From assembly GCF_006345805.1 (NCBI RefSeq), contig NC_043023.1:992001-1056000 (forward strand): a stretch of 64,000 bases of DNA, written 5' to 3'. Below the pieces are notes generated by a model. The model saw only the letters and a list, made by a program, of their open reading frames with translations, did no database searches and was not told where the DNA came from. Origin of the DNA: Octopus sinensis (taxonomy: Eukaryota). This document shows, piece after piece, positions 35,561-47,360 of the stretch; the stretch's first letter is position 1; each line of letters starts with the position of its first letter. The position numbers were made by a program, and so were the translations under genes.

Positions 35561-36147
35561 ATTCACAGGCACAACAGTGCTGGGACCTATATGCATTAGA
35601 AGCTATGCCAACACTATGGAATAACAACAGAAAAAAGATATAGGCACATGCCAGAAAAGGTCACAGAAAACGAGAAAGCAACCATACTCTGGGATATGCC
35701 AATGCACACAAATAGAGAAATTAAGGACAATAGGCCAGATATAATTGTCAGAGATCATGAAGAAAAAAGTTGCTTTCTAATTGATGTATCAATACCAGCA
35801 GATGACAACGTTTCTCTGAAAGAAATAGAGAAACTTTCAAAATACAAAGACCTGGAAATAGAGGTAACTCCAATGTGGAATCTAAAAACAGAAACAATTC
35901 CTATCATAGTAGGCGCATTAGGTATGATAAAAAAATATTCAGATTAATACATAACAAAAACATCAGGACTTACAAATGCATATAACATACAGAAAATTGC
36001 ACTACTAGGCACTGCACACATCCTATGCAAAACACTTTTAATACAGTAACCATAAGAGCATCACAACAAACCACAGCACATACCTAAGGCACACAGAGCT
36101 GCACCCGTAGTGAAGTGAAAGCACGCTATAAAAATAAAACTACTGAA
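35561..36147 (+). mobile_element. 5'-truncated R4/Dong-like RLE retrotransposon in a (TAA)n tract
   Basis: RHNSAGTYMH*KLCQHYG..HMPEKV..ILWD..NRPDIIV..LIDVSIPADDN..KY.DLEIE..PIIVGALG..QKIALLGTAHIL; TAA repeats on both sides. Confidence 0.88.
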
Positions 36148-36174
36148 TAATAATAATAATAATAATAATAATCC

Positions 36175-36760
36175 TTTTTACTACAGGCACAAGGCCTGAA
36201 ATTTTTTGTGGGGAGTGATACTTATTTAATTGACCTTGAAAGGATGAAAAGCAGAATTGATTTTGGCGGAATTTGAACTCAGAATGCAGCAACAGACAAA
36301 ATACCACAAAATATTTCACCTGGCGTGAATAATAATAATAATAATAATAATGATTTCAAATTTTGACACAAGGCCACCAAGGTCAGAGGAAGGGGTTAAG
36401 TCAATTGCATTGAACCCAGTGCATAACTGGTACTTATTTTGGATGAAAGCAAAGTTGACCTCGGCAGAATTTGAACTCAGAACATAGAGACAGATGAAAT
36501 ACAAATGATTCTGTCAGCTTGATGCCATAATAATAATAATAATAAAATAATAATAATAATAATAATAATCCTTTCTACTATAGGCACAAGGCCAGAAATT
36601 TTGGGGGAGGGCTCCAGTCGATTCAATCGACTCCAGTATGCAACTAGTACTTAATTTATCAACCCCAAAAGGATGAAAGGCAAAAATCAACCTTGGCAGA
36701 ATTTGTACTCAAAGTGTAGAGACAGATGAAATACAAATAATTCTACTAGCTTGCCACCTT
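36175..36760 (-). mobile_element. three decayed SINE family B copies separated by (TAA)n
   Basis: Family B domain repeated. Confidence 0.8.
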
Positions 36761-37131
36761 ACTACTACTACTACTACTACCACCACCACCACCACCACCA
36801 CCACCACCACTACTACTACTACCACTATTACTACTACTACTACTGCTACTACTACTACTAATAATAATAATGATGATGATGATGATGATTTCTTTTATTT
36901 GCCACCAGAGTGAAGGATGAGGGGGAGAATAGAAAGACAGACATAAAGTGTTAGGGTTTACATATAATGGAATGATAAAATGAAAAGGTATACTTGGAAT
37001 ACATTAGAAGGGAAGTAAACATGGTCTATGACACTAGAAAAAGAGGTGGGGGAATATAGTGAAGGACCTCTAGGGATAATCAAGGAACCCTACCATCCAA
37101 GATCATCCTGAATTATAATAATAATGATAAT

Positions 37132-37647
37132 GGACTTGACAGAGAAAAAAAATTGGTATGACCATAAACCCGAAGGCATCATCGAAAATGATAATGCAAA
37201 GATCCTATGGGATTTTATGATTGATTCAGTGCGACCATGAGATAGAGAATAGGGAGCCAGACATAGTCTTAATTGAGAAAGAAACCAAACTCTGCTGGAT
37301 CATAGGTATAGCATGCCCAGCTGACAACAAGGTATGCGATAAGGTAGAAAGGAAAGTCGAGAGATATGACAGGTTAGCTTGGGAGGTTAAGCAGTTGTGG
37401 TCAATGAAAAAGGTGGTAGTAGTACCAATAATTTTTGGAACTCTGGGAACAGTGGGTGAAAATCTTGAGAAGTACATGGAAGAAATAGGGGCTGTAATAA
37501 GGGTGGAGCACTTGCAGAAAACAGCACTGCTTGGAACCACTCGAATACTCTGGAAGGTGCTCGAAAACTAAGGGGTGTTACCTTAGTTCACTGGTGATGA
37601 ACAGCTGACACTGTCATACATCTCCAGCATTAGAAGCTGTGCAAAGC
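37132..37647 (+). mobile_element. second, divergent R4/Dong-like RLE fragment in a (TAA)n tract
   Basis: WYDHKPEGIIENDNAKILWDF, a frameshift, then REPDIVLIEK..IGIACPAD..YDRLAWEVKQLW..VPIIFGTLG..QKTALLGTTRIL. Confidence 0.88.
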
Positions 37648-37659
37648 AATAATAATAAT

Positions 37660-37869
37660 GATTTCAAATTTTTGCCACAAGGGTAGATTGGGGGAGAGGA
37701 TTAAGTCAATTACATCGATTCCAGAGCATAACTGGTACTTATTTAATCGACCTTGAAAGGATGAAAAGCAAAGTTGACCTCGGTGGAATTTGAACTCAAA
37801 ACATAGCGGCAGATGAAATACTGCTAAGCATTTCACCCAGTGTGCTAATGATTCTGCCAGCTCACTGCC

Positions 37870-37931
<62 letters not shown>

Positions 37932-38188
37932 GATGATGATGATGATGATGATAATAATAATGATAATGATGATGATGATTTCAAATTTTTGCCACAAGGG
38001 CAGCTTGGGGGAAGTGGGGGATGAGTTGATTACACTGACCCCAGTGTTCAAATGGTACTTATTTTATTGTGACCCCAAAAGGATGAAAGTCAACCTCAGC
38101 AGAATTTGAACTCAGAACATAATGACAGGCAAAATACTGCTAAGCATTACACCCAGAACGCTAACGATTCTGCCAGCTCGTCACCTTA
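37660..38188 (-). mobile_element. two SINE family B copies separated by (TAA/TGA)n
   Basis: Family B head and domain. Confidence 0.85.
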
Positions 38189-38604
38189 ATAATAATAATA
38201 TTAATCATAATAATCCTTCCTGCTATATGCATATGGTATATGATTAAAAATGTTCCAGTTATGACCATCCCATCTTGTATTCAGTAATAGTGTATCTAGG
38301 ACTACATTATCTAATGTACTGTACAGTAAATAGTATTAGTGGCTATAGTTCTTTTGTAGTTGTTTTTTAGCCCCAGGTCAGTTGATCCAGTTGACCTATG
38401 ATCAAAGATGTTTTAACAGTGACCATCCCATCTTTTACTCAGATATAGTCTATCTTGGACTAGTTATCTAATGTGTAAGCTTACTAGTTAAATGAAAACT
38501 ATACTGACCCCTGTTCCACCCTTTTCCCCCCTCTATTCTACTCTGAATCAACACCCTTTTTATCTTAATAACACCTCATCTCATTTCTGAATCAACAAAG
38601 GATC

Positions 38605-38822
38605 CCACCACCACCACCACCACCCCACCACCACCGCCACCCCCACCACCCCCAACCACCCCCCACCACCACCGCCACCATCACCACCACCACCGCCGCC
38701 GCCGCCGCCGCCACCGTCGCTGCCGCCGTCGCTGCCGCCGCCGCCGCTGCCGCCGCCGCCGCCGCCACCACCACCACCACCACCACCACCACCACCACCG
38801 CCACCATCACCACCATCACCCA
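38605..38822. repeat. (CCA)n/(GCC)n triplet repeat
   Basis: Direct reading. Confidence 0.95.
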
Positions 38823-39129
38823 GGGTTTGTTCAACCCTTCTCCACTAACCCCTGCTGCTCCCTTCCTTGCTCTTATTATCTGGGGTGTGAGGCTAGGGGA
38901 TTTCTTTAAGCCTAACCTGCTTGTAATCATCACACCAATTAACATTCCACTGCTAGTCACTGTCCAATCATACTAATTAGATGACGTGTCACTAATCACA
39001 AAAATATAATTACACCTGTAGGGTGTGTGGGAATGATTCCATGCCTGGATTTTGCATTGTGTGTCTCTGAGGGAAGCAAGCTCTAAGACCAGTGAGGAGG
39101 TGGTTAATACATACATGTTGGCTTATAAA

Positions 39130-40240
39130 TTCACTCATACATATACATACATAAGACAGTAGGGTGTGATTTGAGGGAGATCTGGCTGCTATTTCTACCA
39201 GGTCAAGCTACCATTTACAGGTCTCCCTCATTGGCTCATACATACATATATACATACATAAGACAGTAGGGTGTGATTTGAGGGAGATCTGGCTGCTATT
39301 TCTACCAGGTCAAGCTACCATTTACAGGTCTCCCTCATTGGCTCATACATACATATATACATACATAAGACAGTAGGGTGTGATTTGAGGGAGATTTGGC
39401 TGCTATTTCTACAAGATCAAGCTACCATATACAGGTCTCCCTCAAAATGTGGAGTAGATAAAACAGGGGACAACATTATTTATATTATTATATGATCGAA
39501 TGCCACGCATCCATTTCCAAGTAAGTTTTATCATACATATATATACATACATATATAAGACAAAAGGTGTGATTTGAGGGGGATTTGGCTGCTATTTCTA
39601 CAAGATCAAGCTACCATATACAGGTCTCCCTCAAAATGTGGAGTAGATAAAACAGGGGACAACATTATTTATATTATTATATGATCGAATGCCACGCATC
39701 CATTTCCAAGTAAGTTTTATCATACATATATATACATACATATATAAGACAAAAGGTGTGATTTGAGGGGGATTTGGCTGCTATTTCTACCAGGTTTAGC
39801 TACCATGAAGAGGTTTCCCTCTCTGCCTCATACACACACACATATACATAAGACAGTGGGGTGTGATTTGAGGGAAATCCAGCTGCTATTTCTACCAGGT
39901 CTAGCTACCATGTAGAGGTCTCCCTCATTGACTCATACATACATATATACATACAATAAGACAGTAGGGTGTAATTTGAGGGTAATCTAGCTGCTATTTC
40001 TAATAGGTCAAGCTACCATGTAGAGGTCTCCCTCAATGTCTCATACATACATACATATATAACATAAGGGTGTGATTTAAGGGTAATCCAGTTACTATTT
40101 CTAACAGGTCAAGCTACCATGTAGAGGTCTCCCTCATTGCCTCATACATACATATATACATACATAAGGGTGTGATTTGAGGGAAATCCAGCTGCTATTT
40201 CTAACAGGTCTAGCTACCATGTAGAGGTCCCCCTTATTGT
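39130..40240 (-). repeat. structured ~100-bp repeat array (about 9 units) with a duplicated unique insert
   Basis: Same unit as 33110-33870; a further unit lies at ~40620-40760. Confidence 0.92.
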
Positions 40241-40245
40241 CTCAT

Positions 40246-40613
40246 AGCTTGCTAACCAACAACATGGTTCTGGGTTCAGTCCCACTGCGTAGCATTTTGA
40301 GCAAGTGTCTTCTGCTATAGCCTCGGGCTGACCAAAGCCTTGTGAGTGGATTTGGTAAATGGAAACTGAAAGAAGCCTGTCGTATATATGTATATATGTA
40401 TGTGTGTCTGTGTTTGTCCCCCCAACATCGCTTGACAACTGATGCTGGTGTGTTTACATCCCCATCACTTAGCGGTTTGGCAAAAGAGACCGACAGAATA
40501 AGTACTAGGCTTACAAAGAATAAGTCTTGTGGTCGATTTGCTCGACTAAAGGTGGTGCTCCAGCATGGCCGCAGTCAAATGACTGAAACAAGTAAAAGAG
40601 TAAAAGAGTAAGA
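40246..40613 (+). mobile_element. SINE family A
   Basis: 5'-clipped head, intact tail. Confidence 0.9.
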
Positions 40614-41575
40614 GTATATATACATACATAAGACAGTAGGGTGTGATTTGAGGGAAATCCAGCTGCTATTTCAAACAGGTCTTGCTACCATGTAGAGGTC
40701 TCCTTCATTGGCTCATACATACATATACACACACATAAGACAGTGGGCTGTGATTTGACTAAAAGCAGTGAGTTGAAGTTGGAGCATGGAAAGCTTTCAA
40801 CTTCTAAAGCCAGACTCTCTAGAAAGTTCCGAGCACCACCAGAAGTTGCTGTCATTGCTGTTGTTATCAGCAGTGTGTAGGAATAAGATGCCTTGGGGTA
40901 ATTGTTGTGGAACTTTATATTTTGGGTTCAACTCCCCCTGAGGTCAATTTTACTGGTCTTACCATTCCAGGGTAACTGACAGAATTCCAGTTATATATCT
41001 GTACATATAAATTTGATATGGGCAATTCTTTCTTGTCTTGGGATTCATGGTCAAATGTCTAGGTGGAATTGTGCGAAAAATTACACAGATGTGTAGAATG
41101 ATCCAGTGGTGATGCTGGGCTTTGTATTTTTCATAGCTCCCATGGTTACCGAGATAATCTACTATAATAATACTCATGTTTATGAATGAGAAAGGAAGGG
41201 GTGATAGATGAATAAGGAAGGAAGGGGTGATATCATAGTTGGTGGTGGGATGATGAAAATTGTACGCTGAAAAAATTAAATCAAACAGCATTTCAACTCT
41301 GTGTGAATATATGTGTGTGTGTGTGTGTGTGTGTGTATATAAAAGGGAGGTATGTAAATGTGTGTGTGTGTGCACGTATGTTTGTGCATGTGCAAAGGAA
41401 GTGGGATGGTTCATCTTTGTTCGCTTAGTATTTGGCATGGACAATGGACATTAAATGATTCTGAAGTTGATGTTGCTTTGGTTACTTCCTCTTAACTTAG
41501 CAGTTTGGCAAAAGGAACAGACAGAGTAAATATCAAACTTTAAAATTAAGTACAAGGAGGGATTTGTTCAAGTAT

Positions 41576-41960
41576 AGGCATAGGAGTGGCTGTGTGGTAA
41601 GTAGCTTGCTTACAAACTACATAGTTCAGGGTTCAGTCCCACTGCATGGCACCTTGGGCAAGTGTCTTCTACTATAGCCTTGGGCCGACCAAAGCCTTGT
41701 GAGTGGATTTGGTAGACGGAAACTGAAAGAAGCCCGTGGTATATATGTATATGTATATATGTATATGTATATATGTATGTATGTGTATATGTTTGTGTGT
41801 CTGTGTCTGTCCCCCAATGTCGCTTGACAACCAATGCTGGTATGTTTACGTCCCTATAACTTAGCGGTTCGGCAAAAGAGACCGATAGAATAAATACTAG
41901 TCCTGAGGTTGATTTGCTCCAGCATGGCCACAATCAAATGACTGAAACAAGTAAAAGAGT
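41576..41960 (+). mobile_element. SINE family A
   Basis: Head and tail recognisable. Confidence 0.9.
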
Positions 41961-42349
41961 AATGCTCAAAAACCAGCATGATCTAAGTTTCAACTGTAGC
42001 ATGTTACAACAACAAGACACACAACTGCAACAACAACAACAACGAAATGCCTGACCCCCATGGCTGAAATACAACAACAAGCCTGATGCATCAACAACAA
42101 AGTAGCAACAAAACATTGACAGCAAACACAACAGAAACATAATCTGTTGATTCCAGTAAATAAAGCGAACAACCCCACCTCATCCTGTTCTTCATTGTAC
42201 CACCCTAGTTTTGTAACAACAAACTGCCCACTTTTACACTCCCTTCTCCTGCTCTTCTTTGTCTAGTCTGAATTGACTCCTTAAACCCTTTTATCTTGAT
42301 GACACTTCATTCCATTTTGAAATTAACAAAGGCATTTAACCCCTGCCCA

Positions 42350-42812
42350 CTTCATCACCATCAACAAGAACAACTCCATGATCATCAATGGCAACATAGC
42401 AACACCACCACCACCATCATTGCCTTCACCAACATCAGATCTACCATCATCATCACAATTATCATCTTCATCAACTTCAGCATTATCACCATTACCTTCA
42501 CCATCTACACCGCCACCATCATCATCATCTTCATCAACACTGTAAACCTCACCATCATCACCAACACCACAACCATCACTATCATCACCACCACCACCAC
42601 CACCATCAACACCACCCACAATCACCATCACCAATTCCATCAACACCACCACCATCAACATCTTCATCAACACTGTTAACATCACCATCATCACCACCAC
42701 CACCACCACCACCAACACCACCATTATCATCACCACCACCACCATCATCCACAATCATCATCACTACCACTATCATCATCACCACTACCACCACCATCAC
42801 TACCACCACCCA
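42350..42812. repeat. (CAT/CAC)n triplet repeat
   Basis: Direct reading. Confidence 0.92.
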
Positions 42813-43379
42813 GGGTCCATTCATCCCTTCCCATACAGTGGCCCTTTATTATTATTATTATTATTATTATCTTTTCATCTCCCCTGGCCACTCCCCCCCA
42901 CATGTGTATGTCTAGGTGATTTCATCATTGCTAATAATTACCATTTCCCCAACAAAGTCACTGTCCAGTCATACTAATTTGATGACGTAGCACTAATTAA
43001 AAAAATGAATAAAAACATAAAAGAATTCCATGTGGCAGATGGGTGCAAGAGGGGAAAGGGAGGCCCCTTCCTCTCCTAACTCTCTCCTCATTTCAATACC
43101 GTATGTGTGTTTGAGGGAGAGCGGGGGATAAATGACTAAGACCAGGGATAAGGGGACAGCTTTACCCACATTCCAAAGGATTCAGGGACCAGTTTAAGTC
43201 AGCATCACAGGTGGTTGGTGTTATTGATTTTGTTGTTGTTGCTGCAGCAGTGATTTCATAACCGCCACCTAGACGCTCCAACCATGACCACTTAGTCTTT
43301 TTTATAGATGCTGAAATGTCTTCTTTACTCCTGCTTATTTTTTTTTTTTTTGCTTTTTTGAAACAGCAAAATGTTATTT

Positions 43380-43560
43380 GAAGGAAATTTGGCTGCTATT
43401 TCTACCAGGTCTGACTACCATGCTGAAGTCTCCCTCATTGATTCATACACACATATATACATAAAGAAGACAGTAGAGTGTGATTTGAGGGAGATTTGGC
43501 TACTATTTCTACAAGGTCTATTTACCATTGCTGAAGTCTTCATTGACTCATACATACATA
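43380..43560 (-). repeat. two units of the structured repeat
   Basis: gatttggctgctatttctacc. Confidence 0.8.
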
Positions 43561-43589
43561 TATATATTAATAATAATAATAATAATAAT

Positions 43590-43969
43590 AATGGTTTGGG
43601 ATTTTGCCACAAGGGCAGCATTTTTGGGGGAGGGGATGAGTTGATTACATTGACCCAGTATTTAACTGGTACTTATTTTATTGCCCCTGAAAGGATGAAA
43701 GGAAAAGCTGACCTTGGTGGAATTTGAACCCAGAACGTAACCTTAATAGCAATAATAATAATAATAATAATAACAATAATAATAATAATAATAATAATGA
43801 TAATAATAATTCTTTTTAAAACACAAGGCCTGGAATTTGGGGCAGGGGCATCGACTCCAATATTGACTCTGGAAGAATGAAAGGCAAAGTTGACCTCAGT
43901 GGAATTTGAACTCAGAATGTGGCAGCAGATGAAATGCCCCATGTGCTAACAATTCTGCCAGCTCACTGG

Positions 43970-44022
<53 letters not shown>

Positions 44023-44288
44023 GGATGATAATAATAATAATGATGATGATAATATGTTTCTTTATTACACACAAGGGGCTAAACATAGAGGGGACAAACA
44101 AGGACAGACAAACGAATTAAGTCGATTATATCGACCCCAGTGCGTAACTGGTACTTAATTTATCGAACTCGAAAGGATGAAAAGCAAAGTCGACCTCAGC
44201 GGAATTTGAACTCAGAACGTAACAGCAGACGAAATACCGCTAAGCATTTCGCCCGGTGTGCTAACGATTCTGCCAGCTCGCTGCCTTA
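43590..44288 (-). mobile_element. three SINE family B copies (the last full length and near consensus) separated by (TAA)n
   Basis: Family B head, domain and tail. Confidence 0.88.
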
Positions 44289-44291
44289 AAG

Positions 44292-44492
44292 CAGTGCTTT
44301 TCAACATTTTTGCTGGAGCGGAACCCCAAGGAAGCATTCCACTGGCTCGAGGAACCCCTGTGCAATAATTTAATAGTCGTATGCACACATATCTGCACAG
44401 GAGAATTAAAAATTACTGTCGATTTTAACAGTTTTGTAACTTCTTGCAGAACCCCTGGACTGTACTGGTGGAACCCTGCTTGAAAACCACTG
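44292..44492. mobile_element. hAT (Charlie-like) MITE, 201 bp
   Basis: TIR cagtgcttttcaa / ttgaaaaccactg with 8-bp TSD ccttaaag / ccttaaaa. Confidence 0.88.
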
Positions 44493-44945
44493 CCTTAAAA
44501 TACCGTGTGTCTGAAGTCCTTGTTGGGACTTGACAAACAGTACAAACCCCCCCGTGGACACAATATCTTCAATAAACAACATCACAGTATTGGATACTGT
44601 ATGACGTCTATAATAATAATAATCCTTTGTACTATAGGCACAAAGTTATGTGTCAGAGTCGAGTTCGAATCACAGTTCAAGCTAGATGGTTCAAAGTCTT
44701 GCAGAGCTATCAGCGTTAGCACAATAGACGAAGGCGGGGTGTTACCATTCTGGTATAGAAGGGATAACCTGTATCTGATACCAAGAAAATATTGTGGTCA
44801 TTATAGATACAACAGTTACGGTTGCAACAATGGCTATGATGTGGGAAACACCACATCATAACCGAAAGTTGATTACACTGACCCCAGTATACAACTGGTA
44901 CTTATTTCATCAGGAAGGAAAGAAAGGAAGAAAGGTGAAGTCGTT

Positions 44946-45345
44946 CATCATCATCATCATCAATTAGCGTCCGCTTTCCATGCTAGCATGGGTTGGACGG
45001 TTCAACTGGGGTCTGGGAAACCAGAAGGCTGCACCAGGCCCAGTCTGATCTGGCAATGTTTCTACGGCTGGATGCCCTTTCTAATGCCAACCACTCAGTG
45101 AGTGTAGTGGGTGCTTTTTACGTTCCACCGGCACAGGTGCCAGATGAGGCTGGCAAATGGCCACGATCGGATGGTGCTTTTTATGTGCCACTGGCACGGG
45201 GGGCCAGGCGAGGCTGGCAATGGCCACGATCGGATGGTGCTTTTTATGTGCCACCAGCACGGAGGCCCATTGGTGCGGGGCTGGCAACGGCCATGTTCGG
45301 ATGGTTCGCTTATGTGCCACTGGCACTAGTATCACAGCTGCAATT
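44946..45345 (-). mobile_element. RTE 3' tail element with about 3 array units
   Basis: Homologous to 4640-4998. Confidence 0.85.
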
Positions 45346-45539
45346 TCCATTGGCGTTGATCGATTTCGATTCTTGGTGGGATTTATTCTCAGAATATAAA
45401 GATGGACAAAATGCCACAAAGCATTTTGTCTGGTGTGCTGACGATGCTGCCAGGTCATCACCTTAGTAACCCTTTCAACTTTAGGCACAAAGCCTGAAAT
45501 TTTTTAGGGGGAGAGGAGCCAGTCTATTACATCAAATTA

Positions 45540-45960
45540 TTTTTATCATCATCATTATCATCATCATCATTGCCACCAATATCATCCTCAGTATCATCTT
45601 TCTTTCGCTACCAGCATCATCACCATCACCATCATTGTCATCATCATCATGCTATCTACACCACCATCATCATCAGCGTTGTCATTAACATCATCATCAC
45701 CACCACCACCACCACCACCACCATCACCATCTACACCACCATCATCATCAGCATTGTCGTTAACATCATCACCACCACTATCACCATCATCATCATTGCC
45801 ACCACCACCATCATCATCATCAACATTGTCAACATCATCATCAGCAACAGCAGAACATTACAACAAACCTACACACACATACCATTACACTACTACTACT
45901 ACTGCTACTACTACTACTACTACTAATAATAATAATAATAATCATCATCATCATTATCGT
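45540..45960. repeat. (CAT/CAC/TAC/TAA)n triplet repeat
   Basis: Direct reading. Confidence 0.92.
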
Positions 45961-46110
45961 CTTCCCGAGAAGCAACATAGTCCCTGCCATACCCCCCTTC
46001 CCCTTCACATCACCCTCCTCCACCTGTCCCCTCAACAATTTCCTTACCCCTACCGCTCAACAAATGGATTTCTAATGTGTAGTGTACAACAGGGAGAGGT
46101 AGGGGGCTGA

Positions 46111-46202
46111 GGCAAATTAGCTTTAATTATGCAAATTAGCTGAGCTGACTGACAAAATTATGCAAATTAAACTCAGCTGACTCACTAATTGTTTGTGACT
46201 CA
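46111..46202. promoter_or_regulatory. candidate enhancer: two octamers and two AP-1 sites
   Basis: ATGCAAAT at 46129 and 46160; TGACTCA at 46178 and 46196. Confidence 0.4.
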
Positions 46203-46221
46203 AAACTAACAAGACAAGTGA

Positions 46222-46470
46222 GCAGCTAGATCTGGTAGAAATAGCACCCATATCTCCCTCAAATCACACCCTACTGTCTTATGTGTGTATGAGCCAATGA
46301 GGGAGACCTCTACATGGTAGCTAGACCTGGTAGAAATAGCAGCCAAATCTCCCTCAAATCGCAACCTACTGTTTTATGTATGTATATATATATATACGTA
46401 TGAGCCAATGAGAGAGACCTCTACATGGTAGCTAGATCTGGTAGAAAGAGCAGCCAAATCTCCATATGAG
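46222..46470 (+). repeat. three units of the structured repeat
   Basis: ctggtagaaatagcagccaaatctccctc. Confidence 0.88.
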
Positions 46471-46500
46471 GTCCAATTTTCTTATATTTACATGTACTCG

Positions 46501-47146
46501 TTTATTTGTTTCAGTCATTTGACTGTGGCCATGCTGGAGCAGCGCCTTTAGTCGAGCAAATCGACCCCAGGATTTATTCTTTGTAAGCCTAGTACTTATT
46601 CTATCAGTCTCTCTTGCCGAACCGCTAAGTTACAGGGATGTATACACACCAGCATTGGTTGTCAAGCGAAGTTGGGGGGGGGGGACAAACAGAGACACAC
46701 AAACATATACACACACATACATATATATATATATACATATATACGACAAGCTTCTTTCAGTTTCTGTCTACCAAATCCACTCACAAGGCCTCTGGGTTCA
46801 GTCCCACTGCATGGCACCTTGGTTAAGTGTCTTCTACTATAGCCTCAGACTGAGCTTTGTGAGTGGATTTGGTAGATGGAAACTGAAAGAAGCCCACCGT
46901 ATATATGTATATATATATATATATATATGTGTATGTGTATATGTTTGTGTGTCTGTGTTTGTCCCCCAACATTATTTGACAACCGATGTTGGTGAGTTTA
47001 CATCCCTGTAACTTAGTGGTTTGGCAAAAGAGACCGATAGAATGAGTACTAGGCTTACAAAGAATAAGTCCTGGGGTGGATTTGCTCAACTAAATGCAGT
47101 GCTCCAGCATGGCCACAGTCAAATGACTGAAACAAGTAAAAGAGAG
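46501..47146. mobile_element. head-to-head fused SINE A pair
   Basis: Minus copy 46501-46790 is joined directly to plus copy 46791-47146. Confidence 0.88.
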
Positions 47147-47360
47147 TATATCTTTATAATTTCATTCACTTTTTAATCTGCCACTGCATTCAAATGGTCG
47201 CTACACACATGGTGGCGTGAGTAATTTTAGCCCTCAGCAGCAAAACTCACTGATGAGTTAAGGGTTTATCACAGGGTCCAAAACCACCTCTATGTGAGTA
47301 CATCTGCAAACTCACAATAATAAATCTCTCAATGTGGTATAAACAGTAGCTGCACGACAT

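Noticed and set aside
40760-41170. Protein-like stretches on the minus strand (e.g. YNWNSVSYPGMVRP)
   Set aside because: All frames are interrupted, no motif is recognised, and splice sites do not give a coherent exon.
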